From: Candidatus Moraniibacteriota bacterium
GTDB taxonomy: Bacteria; Patescibacteriota; Minisyncoccia; Moranbacterales; GCA-2747515
Length of the DNA stretch: 64,000 bases
Reading direction: 5' to 3'
Assembly: GCA_046116545.1 (NCBI GenBank)
Contig: CP175956.1
Span: forward strand, 449,734-513,733
Shown: positions 39,347 through 47,969 of the stretch, in pieces
Numbering within the stretch: position 1 is the first letter of the stretch
Layout of the letters: each line of letters opens with the position of its first letter
The notes under the pieces: model-generated
Database searches by the model: none
What the model saw: the letters and a program-made list of their open reading frames with translations, nothing else
What the model was told of the DNA's origin: nothing
Position numbers and translations under genes: made by a program

Positions 39347-40321
39347 ATGTCAAAACAGTATTTTTTGAAAGAATTTAATACACTTAGTTATATATTGCAA
39401 AGTTCTAGCAATATTCTTATCATTGGACACTCAAGTCCTGATGCTGATGCTGTAGGTAGTATAGTTGCACTACGTGAATTCATAAAAAAACATTATTCAG
39501 CAGATGTAACACTTGGTTGTTATGATGCTTTTCCGAAATCTTTAATGACTCTCATTCCAGATACTTTTCTCATACATCCTGAAGATTTAGATATTACATC
39601 ATTTGATGTAATTATTGGTTGTGACAGTGTTGATAGGGGATTCAATGATGTAATTAAAGATGCTTCAGATTCTTGTGTTACAGTAATAATTGATCATCAT
39701 CATGATACTATCACTAGAGCTGATTTGTTCATGAATGATGCTAATTATTCCTCAACTTGTGAAATATTATATAATTTTTTTAAGTTCACACATAAATCCA
39801 TTACAAAAAATATTGCAACAGCACTCTTAGCTGGCATCATTTTTGATACAGGAGCTTTTCAACACTCTAATACAACTGCTGAAACACTTTCAGCAGCCTC
39901 AAATTTAGTGAAGGGTGGTGGCTCTATAACAAAAATAAACAGAGCTCTGTTTTCTAATAGAAATGTAGAAACACTAAATTTGTGGGGAAGAGCACTTGAG
40001 CGAACAAAATTTCATAAAAAAACAGGCCTTGCTGTTGCAGCAATAACAACCGATGATTTAAATGGCTATTTAATAAATTCAGGAGAAATTTCAAATATTG
40101 CTTCCATGCTTACAACAGTTCCTGATGTACGAGCTGCTCTAATAGTATATCAATCCGATCCCAACACAATAAAGGGGAGCTTACGCGCTGAAAAGCATGG
40201 TGGTATTGATGTTTCTGCAATTGCACACACACTTGGTGGTGGTGGGCATAAATTAGCAAGTGGATTTTCTATTCCCGGAAAAATAAAAACTCTTCCTAAT
40301 GGTAATTGGAAAATTGTATAA
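39347..40321 (+). CDS. nrnA: DHH/DHHA1 nanoRNase / pAp phosphatase
   Basis: HSSPDADAVGS, IDHH, DTGAF, GGGHKLASG. Confidence 0.9.
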   Translation: MSKQYFLKEFNTLSYILQSSSNILIIGHSSPDADAVGSIVALREFIKKHYSADVTLGCYDAFPKSLMTLIPDTFLIHPEDLDITSFDVIIGCDSVDRGFNDVIKDASDSCVTVIIDHHHDTITRADLFMNDANYSSTCEILYNFFKFTHKSITKNIATALLAGIIFDTGAFQHSNTTAETLSAASNLVKGGGSITKINRALFSNRNVETLNLWGRALERTKFHKKTGLAVAAITTDDLNGYLINSGEISNIASMLTTVPDVRAALIVYQSDPNTIKGSLRAEKHGGIDVSAIAHTLGGGGHKLASGFSIPGKIKTLPNGNWKIV

Positions 40322-40416
40322 AGTACCATTAATTAATATATTGCTTAATAATTTATATTTAAATTGATTGACTATACATATAATTTTTGATATCCTAGCA
40401 TATGTATCAATAATAT

Positions 40417-40487
40417 GGTCGCGTGGCCGAGCGGTTAGGCAAAGGTCTGCAAAACCTTGTACCCCGGTTCAAATCCGGGCGCGACCT
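40417..40487 (+). tRNA. tRNA-Cys(GCA)
   Basis: Cloverleaf, loop CTGCAAA. Confidence 0.93.
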
Positions 40488-40518
40488 CAAAATTATGATA
40501 TAATGAATTTACTAACGT

Positions 40519-40603
40519 GCCCGGGTGGTGGAATTGGTAGACACGAGGGACTTAAAATCCCTTGGATGAATAATCCGTGCGAGTTCAAGTCTCGCCTCGG
40601 GCA
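40519..40603 (+). tRNA. tRNA-Leu(TAA)
   Basis: Cloverleaf with long variable arm, loop CTTAAAA. Confidence 0.93.
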
Positions 40604-40650
40604 CTTAAAAAAACACACCTAGTAATAGGTGTGTTTTTTATATTTTTTCA

Positions 40651-41157
40651 TTAACTAATTACATACGCAACTAGACTTCTTCTTCCAAATGCAAATGCTT
40701 CAGATTTTGTTTCCATATAAATGTCAAAATGATTTCCTTTTATAGCACCTCCACGATCTTCACATGTATATATACCCATGCCTTCGATATGAATTTCAGT
40801 ACCAAACTCATATCCTCGTGGACAGGCAAGTGTATGTTTTTCTTTTACCATATTTCCACTTGCTGTTATACCATCACTTTTTCCACATTCATCTGCTGCA
40901 GCTGTATATGCTGATGCATTAATTGTAAATTTTTCTGGTATTGGCTCTACATATTGTGCTTTTTTATATTCTCCATTTGCTAATCCACAAACTATCCCTC
41001 CACCGTCTATATTTGTATATGTATTTATCTTATTTTCTGTTGTACTTGTAGTGTTTTTTGCATTTACTGTAATAACTGTAAATACACTTATGATTACTAT
41101 AAATACTATATATCTCATTAATGAGACTAAATTATTAACATGCCCACGATACTTCAT
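40651..41157 (-). CDS. 3D-domain cell-wall protein
   Basis: SAYT, DGITASG, CEDRGGAIKGNHFDIY. Confidence 0.9.
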   Translation of the reverse strand: MKYRGHVNNLVSLMRYIVFIVIISVFTVITVNAKNTTSTTENKINTYTNIDGGGIVCGLANGEYKKAQYVEPIPEKFTINASAYTAAADECGKSDGITASGNMVKEKHTLACPRGYEFGTEIHIEGMGIYTCEDRGGAIKGNHFDIYMETKSEAFAFGRRSLVAYVIS

Positions 41158-41337
41158 CTAAACTTTTCTCGTAGATAACACGGTTGACTCTGTGCCAACG
41201 CACTTTTTCAAGTCAACATATTACTATAGCATATTTTATATACCTTGTCAAGTTGACAAAGTCCTCTCAGTGGTCTATTGTTCATTGTTATTTAACAATT
41301 CCTGCAAACTTATTACTTTCACATGGAGGTTATTTTA

Positions 41338-41694
41338 ATGGAAAATCTGATTTTAATATTAGATGATGGCTTTGAGATAACATCTTACTCAAAAAAATAT
41401 CTCTCCAAAATAGGTGCTTTGTTATTTTTACACTACAATGACTATTTAACTCAAAAAAATATAATCAATTGTATAAAAGATCGTCCACAAGATATCCAGA
41501 ATGAGGTTACTATCTCAATATCACGTTATGAATCTATTTTACTTAATTTTAATTCATTAAAAGATATAAACACTGACTTACATATCTTTATATCCAGATT
41601 CCCAGCAGATAACTCACAATCCTTATTTATAACTATTTCAGATAAGTATAAACCTATTGTAAAAAAATTGTTGTCTGATATTATTTTTGAATAA
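41338..41694 (+). CDS. Hypothetical protein
   Basis: GGAGGT RBS before ATG 41338; terminator at ~41702-41732. Confidence 0.55.
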   Translation: MENLILILDDGFEITSYSKKYLSKIGALLFLHYNDYLTQKNIINCIKDRPQDIQNEVTISISRYESILLNFNSLKDINTDLHIFISRFPADNSQSLFITISDKYKPIVKKLLSDIIFE

Positions 41695-41878
41695 AATTAT
41701 TAAACTCCTGCATAATAACTATGTGGGGGTTTTCACTTTCTCCGCCAAACACTTGACTTATTAACGTTTTTAGCTTAATATGATGAAAGGTTTTGATATG
41801 AATATGTTATCAAATATTTTTTGTGTTTAATATGTTCATAACCACTATTTTATTATAAATTTTTTAAACAACAGACCT

Positions 41879-42319
41879 ATGCGAAATGAAGTTATAGAAT
41901 TCAACAAAACTCAGAGAAAAGATACTATTGCTTTTCGTGCTGGTGATGTTGTAAAAGTTCACCGTAAAATTAAAGAAGGTGAAAAAGAAAGAATTCAGAT
42001 TTTTGAGGGAATGGTAATTGCAATGAAGGGTGGACAAAGTAGTTCTCCGATGATGACTATCCGAAAAGTATCTAATGGAGTTGGTATCGAAATTATAGTT
42101 CCTATCTTTTCACCAACTATTGAAAAGATAGAATTAGTAAAAAGAGCTAAAGTTCGACGATCAAAACTTTACTTTGTGCGAGATAAGGCTGCAAAAGCTT
42201 TGCGCTTCAAATACACAGATGGTGCTGAAATATCTCCTGAAGAAGTTGTTGAGGAAAAGAATCTTGAAGTAAAAGAGGTTGCAAAAGATACAGAAAAAGC
42301 TGAATCAGTAGAAAAATAA
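41879..42319 (+). CDS. rplS: 50S ribosomal protein L19
   Basis: FRAGDVVKVH, ERIQIFEG, VRRSKLYF. Confidence 0.97.
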   Translation: MRNEVIEFNKTQRKDTIAFRAGDVVKVHRKIKEGEKERIQIFEGMVIAMKGGQSSSPMMTIRKVSNGVGIEIIVPIFSPTIEKIELVKRAKVRRSKLYFVRDKAAKALRFKYTDGAEISPEEVVEEKNLEVKEVAKDTEKAESVEK

Positions 42320-42414
42320 TTATAAATTTTCAAAAACAAGGTTTTAAAACCTTGTTTTTTTTATTGCTTTTTTGCAAAAAATATAGTAAAATACCTTTTG
42401 TGTTATTCTCTTAA

Positions 42415-42498
42415 GCCCAGGTGGTGGAATTGGTATACACACATGGTTGAGGGCCATGGCTTTTTATAAGCATGCGGGTTCAAGTCCCGCCCTGGGCA
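42415..42498 (+). tRNA. tRNA-Leu(GAG)
   Basis: Stem CATGG/CCATG, loop TTGAGGG, long variable arm. Confidence 0.92.
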
Positions 42499-42560
42499 CA
42501 AGTATTGATTTTTTATTTAAAAAGTGTATAATAGAATCTGTTGACAAATTATTTATAAAT

Positions 42561-42634
42561 GCACGCTTAGCTCAGCTGGTTAGAGCATCTCATTTACACT
42601 GAGGAGGCCGGGGGTTCGAATCCCTCAGCGTGCA
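42561..42634 (+). tRNA. tRNA-Val(TAC)
   Basis: Cloverleaf, loop TTTACAC. Confidence 0.93.
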
Positions 42635-42656
42635 CATAGTGTCAAAAGAAATATAA

Positions 42657-42728
42657 GCCGAGGTAGCTCAGTGGTAGAGCAAAGGACTGAAAATCCTTGT
42701 GTCGAGAGTTCAATTCTCTCCCTCGGCA
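42657..42728 (+). tRNA. tRNA-Phe(GAA)
   Basis: Cloverleaf, loop CTGAAAA. Confidence 0.94.
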
Positions 42729-42835
42729 CATTGTATTTTTTAAAACACTCACTAAGAGACTTTCAAAAGTCTTTTTTTGTTTGACGAAATGAAAAAAAAC
42801 ATATAAAATATTTAGGTATTCAATTTAAGGAATAG

Positions 42836-42907
42836 GGGACTATAGCTCAGTGGTAGAGCACGCGACTCATAATCGCTTGGTCGCAGGTTCGAACCCTGCT
42901 AGTCCCA
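42836..42907 (+). tRNA. tRNA-Ile2(CAT, lysidine), less likely elongator Met
   Basis: GCGACTCATAATCGCTTGGTCGC arm is typical of tRNA-Ile2; tilS is present in the window. Confidence 0.85.
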
Positions 42908-42922
42908 CAATATAGTAATTTT

Positions 42923-42994
42923 GCGAGTGTCGTATAATGGTTATTACACCACCTTGCCAAGGTAGAAATGGCGGTTCGATCCCGCTCACTCGCT
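42923..42994 (+). tRNA. tRNA-Gly(GCC)
   Basis: GCG start, loop TTGCCAA, T discriminator. Confidence 0.92.
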
Positions 42995-43110
42995 CATAAA
43001 ATAAAAAACTACAGAAGTAATTCTGTAGTTTTTTATTTACCCTTATTTATATAATCTCACCAAATTGTATAAAAATAAATTTACTCCTAATCCATATCAT
43101 TCCCAATTCA

Positions 43111-43518
43111 CTATTCGCCTTTTACACATTTACCACAAAGACAACCTTCTTTACTTATAATGTCTTCTACGTACTCCTCACCATAATCAAAAGTAAATTC
43201 TTCTCCATGTTCTATCTCTCGTAGAGCATAAAACATTATTTGTTCTTCATCTTCTATTACCGCTTCTATATTTGGCTCACAAGAATGATTAATATATCTA
43301 CCTGTATGTTCTCGTCCTGTACCATCTAAGACAATTTTATCATTAAGCGTAAATAAATATCGTCCACCTTTTTGATTTGACTGCTCATGTGTTAATGGTT
43401 CTCCTGTGTATTCAATTATAAAATCATCTTTTATAAAATTACGATTAGCAAAAAGACCTAGTCCTGCACTTGAGCGCCCTACTCGATAATTTTCTGTTGT
43501 GTTTTTCCCATTTGTCAT
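43111..43518 (-). CDS. SET-domain lysine methyltransferase
   Basis: GLGLFA, RYINHSCEPN, EFTFDYG, post-SET CLCGKC. Confidence 0.93.
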   Translation of the reverse strand: MTNGKNTTENYRVGRSSAGLGLFANRNFIKDDFIIEYTGEPLTHEQSNQKGGRYLFTLNDKIVLDGTGREHTGRYINHSCEPNIEAVIEDEEQIMFYALREIEHGEEFTFDYGEEYVEDIISKEGCLCGKCVKGE

Positions 43519-43671
43519 AATGTATTATTATTTTTATGATTTAAAAATATTGTACTTTATATTTTATACTTTGTCATCTTCACTGAGTTATTTTTTAAAA
43601 AAAATCAGGACTGAGTTATAAACTCAGTCCTATAATAAACTGCTTTATGAAAAGATTTTAAATTTCTATTT

Positions 43672-43857
43672 GTAACCCCTCACACCTTTCTTGAAACATG
43701 TCCTTGCGAGCAACTGTGCTATCCTGTGTGTTTAGCGAAGTAATCTTAAGCACATACTTTAAATTTAAAAAGATTGCTTTGTCGTCGTACCTCCTCCTCG
43801 CAAAGACGTTATCTCTAGGTATTTTTCAAGAATTTATTTGAAAGTGTGAGGAGTTAC
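43672..43857. repeat. Nested inverted-repeat (REP/MITE-like) element
   Basis: GTAACCCCTCACACCTTTC...GAAAGTGTGAGGAGTTAC enclosing GTCCTTGCGAG..GAAGTAATCT / AGATTGCTT..CTCGCAAAGAC. Confidence 0.7.
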
Positions 43858-43889
43858 TTCTACTTAGGTAGACTGAGATTCACTATTTA

Positions 43890-44873
43890 CTAAACTTTGT
43901 AGTTATCAACATATTTCAATAAGGCACTAAATCTATCTGGATAATTAGCTTCAAAATTATATTCTTCTCCATTTAATTTAAAAGCCAACTCCTTAGCATG
44001 TAGATAAAATGTGCTTGGATCATATTCTTTAAATTCACTCAAATCTATTTGTCTCTCATTTTTTGTATAATATCTTTCATCACCTACAAGAGGATGTCCT
44101 TTATGTAACATATGTACTCTTATTTGATGAGTTCTTCCTGTCTTAGGTTTTACTTCTACACATGCAACCTGTAATGCTTCTGATAAATTATATTCAGATA
44201 TTACATTGTATTCTGTTTGAGCTTCTTTTGAATCACCTTTATATCTACCAAAAGCTATTTTTTGCTTTGTGTATGAAGTTGCTCGTGCTATTGGAGCATC
44301 TATTAGTCCATTTAATTCATCAAAAAGACCAAAAACTATAGCATGATATGTCTTTTGAATCTCTCTTTTTTGAAAAAGTTCCTTTAATTGATCAAAAGTC
44401 TCTTGGTTTTTAGCTATAACCATAAGTCCTGTAGTATCTTTATCAAGTCTGTGTACTATACCAGGTCTTTCTTCATCATCACCTACACCAGAAATCTCTG
44501 GGAATATAGCTAAAAGTGCATTTACAAGGGTTTCTTCTCGCTCTCTATGGCTTGGATGTACTTGTAATCCTCTTTGTTTGTTTATTATTGCAAAATTTTC
44601 ATTACTCTCCAAAATATCTAATACTATATTTTTATTTGGTACTATTTTATCATCTTGTTCTTCAAATTCACCCATTGTTATAATTTCATTACCTTTAAGT
44701 TTATAACTAGGTTTAACCTTTAAATCATTAACTAAGACGACTTCTGTCCGAATCATTTTTATTATTTCACCCCTTGTCCTATCCTCATTTTTTTTAGCTA
44801 AGAATTTATCTATCCGAATTCCTTTGTTTTTCTCTTCTACATTTATAATTTCATTCATAATATTATATTTCAC
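43890..44873 (-). CDS. rluD: RluA/RluD-family pseudouridine synthase
   Basis: S4 domain (RIDKFL), VHRLDKDTTGL, TGRTHQIRVH. Confidence 0.9.
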   Translation of the reverse strand: MKYNIMNEIINVEEKNKGIRIDKFLAKKNEDRTRGEIIKMIRTEVVLVNDLKVKPSYKLKGNEIITMGEFEEQDDKIVPNKNIVLDILESNENFAIINKQRGLQVHPSHREREETLVNALLAIFPEISGVGDDEERPGIVHRLDKDTTGLMVIAKNQETFDQLKELFQKREIQKTYHAIVFGLFDELNGLIDAPIARATSYTKQKIAFGRYKGDSKEAQTEYNVISEYNLSEALQVACVEVKPKTGRTHQIRVHMLHKGHPLVGDERYYTKNERQIDLSEFKEYDPSTFYLHAKELAFKLNGEEYNFEANYPDRFSALLKYVDNYKV

Positions 44874-45837
44874 TAATTACATCAAAACCTTTTACACTTC
44901 CTACAATAGCATACCCAAATACATTTTGTGCCACATTATTTCTTTTACACTTACAGGCGAGTTGCTCCAAAGTTGCTCCAGAACCCACAGCATCATCAAT
45001 TATAAGTATGTTGTCATATTCACCTTTATCATCCACGACCATTGTTTCTTTTGCATTCTTTATACGATCATCAATTTTTGAAAGTGTTTTTTGTGGCACT
45101 ACAATTTCACCATGTACTTTAACAATATTTATTACTGGTAAAGCAATATTTAATTCATCTTGTAAAATACGCATGAATTGTATTTTACGATCAATAGATG
45201 GTGGTGCAAATCCAATTGCTTGTATATTTTCTTTTTTTATTATAGACAATACATCATCTTTTATCATTTCTACAACCTTTTTTATCATTTTTCTATCTTG
45301 ACTTTGTTTTGAATACATTACTAGTTGTCCTATTTTTGTCTTACCAAAAATTTCCCATGCATAGAACTCACTATAAAATACATCGTTAATACATTTAGTG
45401 TTAAAAACTTTATGCATTTTCACTGTACCTTTGATTAAATTATTCTCTTTATATTGTTTATATTTATCATAAATATCACAATATTCAACAGCTTTTTTAC
45501 TTATATCAAAATCTCTTTTGTCACACCAGATTCTAAAACCATTTAAACCATCCGCTTTTTCTCCATTTGGCATGATATAAAGAAAGTTTTTTTCAATAAT
45601 ATCACGCTTTTGTTGATCTATCTCAATTTTTACATCAACAAACTCTTTTTTATTTTCACTTGGAAAATAATATACACGTGGTGGGGAACCTCGTTTTAGA
45701 ACACTCTTTTCTTCTATAAGTTTTTTAAGATGTCGTTGAACCATTGCTCGAGTTAATTGAAATTCATTAATTAATTCAATTACCGTTGCTTGTTCCTTTT
45801 CTTGAATATATTTCAATATCTTATCACGAGAAGACAT
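44863..45837 (-). CDS. Winged-HTH plus phosphoribosyltransferase-domain protein
   Basis: N-terminal DeoR-like HTH (TRAMVQRHLKKL); PRPP-binding ILIIDDAVGSGATL. Confidence 0.8.
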   Translation of the reverse strand: MSSRDKILKYIQEKEQATVIELINEFQLTRAMVQRHLKKLIEEKSVLKRGSPPRVYYFPSENKKEFVDVKIEIDQQKRDIIEKNFLYIMPNGEKADGLNGFRIWCDKRDFDISKKAVEYCDIYDKYKQYKENNLIKGTVKMHKVFNTKCINDVFYSEFYAWEIFGKTKIGQLVMYSKQSQDRKMIKKVVEMIKDDVLSIIKKENIQAIGFAPPSIDRKIQFMRILQDELNIALPVINIVKVHGEIVVPQKTLSKIDDRIKNAKETMVVDDKGEYDNILIIDDAVGSGATLEQLACKCKRNNVAQNVFGYAIVGSVKGFDVISEI

Positions 45838-45857
45838 AACTATTTTATAATTAATTT

Positions 45858-45895
45858 ATAGTATATAGTATACAGTGTATTATATACTATGTCAA
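45858..45895 (-). promoter_or_regulatory. Promoter overlapped by an inverted-repeat operator
   Basis: Minus strand TTGACA-17-TATACT; ATAGTATATA...TATATACTAT inverted repeat at 45858-45890. Confidence 0.6.
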
Positions 45896-46041
45896 TTAAC
45901 CATTTAACTCTTTTATTCACAAGGACATCTATAGTACATATAATAATACTATGGATGTATTTTTAGTTTCACCTCAGCACAAACCTTTATTTAAAAGAAA
46001 TTTCATATTACATTATATGGAATTCAAAAAAGTTTTTATAG

Positions 46042-46790
46042 TTATCCACTTATCAACAAGTTATCCACTTTTTCAATAATATATTAATTTCATATTAGTT
46101 ATTTATAAGGACATGTCCTTGAGGCTGTCCTCGTATTATATATACATAATGGGTACAAGGAACAATACTACAATGAGTGCTAGTTATTTAGAAATGGTAT
46201 GAAGAAATATTATAAAATATCGTCTTTGCGAGTAGTAGTATTCTTTATCATGATCTACGAAGCAATATCAATAAGATTACTTCACATTATTATATTGAAA
46301 ATAGCTTTTATCTGCAAAGACAATGCTATTTTTCAAAACTAATTATACAAAAAGTTTATTGAAAACTTATACTTACTACGTTTTAAACGCACTTACTAGT
46401 TATGCTACTAGTTTTTAAGTATAATAAAAAACTAGGAGGGACATTGTTTCTTGAGATAAAAAAATATAAGATTTTTGCATTATTTACACTTTTTCCTTTT
46501 TAAGTTTATGGTTATCAACAGAAAACTGTGGATAACCTGTTAATTATGTGGATAACTTCTTGTGGATAACTTTGTATATTCTTGTGCACAATATTCCATT
46601 GTTGTGGATAACTATACATTATTTACACTTTTTTAGTTATCCACATTTAGCAACACATATACACACCCTTACACACATGTCTTATTTTTGTGTTATTTAC
46701 TACATTTTTCCACAATATTCACTTATACATACAGTAATAGTAATAATAAATTATATATATAATAAGTTATTATATTACAGATTCATTCTA
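46042..46790. other. Putative chromosomal replication origin (oriC)
   Basis: Perfect DnaA boxes at 46527, 46547, 46561, 46603 (TGTGGATAA) and 46637 (TTATCCACA); near-matches at 46042, 46050, 46061, 46512, 46706; AT-rich tract at ~46735-46790; GC-skew switch nearby. Confidence 0.85.
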
Positions 46791-47277
46791 TGTCTCAAAA
46801 TATATATCAACTAAAAAACATCTCCGATTCATAACCATCTATTAAAATAAAATTGGAGTAGTTATTATTTAGATTTAATAGTGTAATCTTACAGAGAAAA
46901 GATTTTTAATATAATAAATAATGAAATTAGTTATCACATGTTTTTTTTCTAGTAGGATTAATATTATTTACTTATCTATTTAGTATATAAAATCATTTAT
47001 ATGGAAACTAAACTATAATAGTTCAATAATAGACTAACATATTGTTATGTTGCAGCTAATAAATAAAATAGGCACATAAACAGTCAGTATATGAAAGCTA
47101 AACATTTTCAGAATAATATATTATTGAAGTTAGTTTCAAATTAAGATTTGATATAAACTGTACAATTATGGTATTGACAAAATATATAAAGTATGCTATA
47201 GTTTAATGTTGTTGAGATAGTTCTCTAAAAATTTAAGATAAATCTATTATTTCGTCTATTGGCGAAAAGGGGATGTT

Positions 47278-47859
47278 ATGAAAACTTTAAAAGTTATAGT
47301 TTTTGCTCTAATCGCTGTTGTTTCTCTTTCTACCACTCAAGCAGTTGCTGGATGGTTTGGTGGAGATAATCTTTTTCCAGAAGCTGCTATTGAAGTAGGT
47401 ATCCGGAAAGCGGTATTTCAAATCACTAAAGATTATTCTGATTGGGGTAAAACAACTGATGTAGTTGATATTGAAATTCATCAGAAATATCGCACCAATC
47501 AAAAAAAACTTGCAAAGCTGAAGCAGTTGTATTATAAAAAGGGTGTAGAAGTACCAAAGGGAGTTAGGCGAGTTTTTTCTAATATTGGATTATATAAAAG
47601 TAATGATGATTTCCAAGAAGAACTTCTTAGTGTTGCATTTACTGCTAATTTTATTGCTGAGGGTAAAAAACATGAGATTGTTGCTAATTTCTTATTTACT
47701 AAATATCCTCAAGAAGATAGTATAAGATATTTGAATTGGGTGGTATTTGCTTGGACAGATAAAAATCCAGAACAAGTGGATGATACTAATTATGATGAGT
47801 TTAGAGAAAATGCTAAAGAATCTATCAACATTTTTGAAGAAATTATAGTGATTAAGTAA
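47278..47859 (+). CDS. Secreted hypothetical protein
   Basis: Signal peptide (AVA|GWF); promoter-like TTGACA at ~47174; terminator at ~47880-47915. Confidence 0.75.
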   Translation: MKTLKVIVFALIAVVSLSTTQAVAGWFGGDNLFPEAAIEVGIRKAVFQITKDYSDWGKTTDVVDIEIHQKYRTNQKKLAKLKQLYYKKGVEVPKGVRRVFSNIGLYKSNDDFQEELLSVAFTANFIAEGKKHEIVANFLFTKYPQEDSIRYLNWVVFAWTDKNPEQVDDTNYDEFRENAKESINIFEEIIVIK

Positions 47860-47969
47860 TAATGTGAAAATTATTATTGAAACCACTGCAAATAAATCTA
47901 TTTGCAGTGGTTTTTGTTTTTTTTGAATACATGGTATTATATTTATATCTAAAAAATATATTTAAAAAT

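Noticed and set aside
46548-46814. 88-aa ORF
   Set aside because: Chance frame through the DnaA boxes (LWIT repeats)
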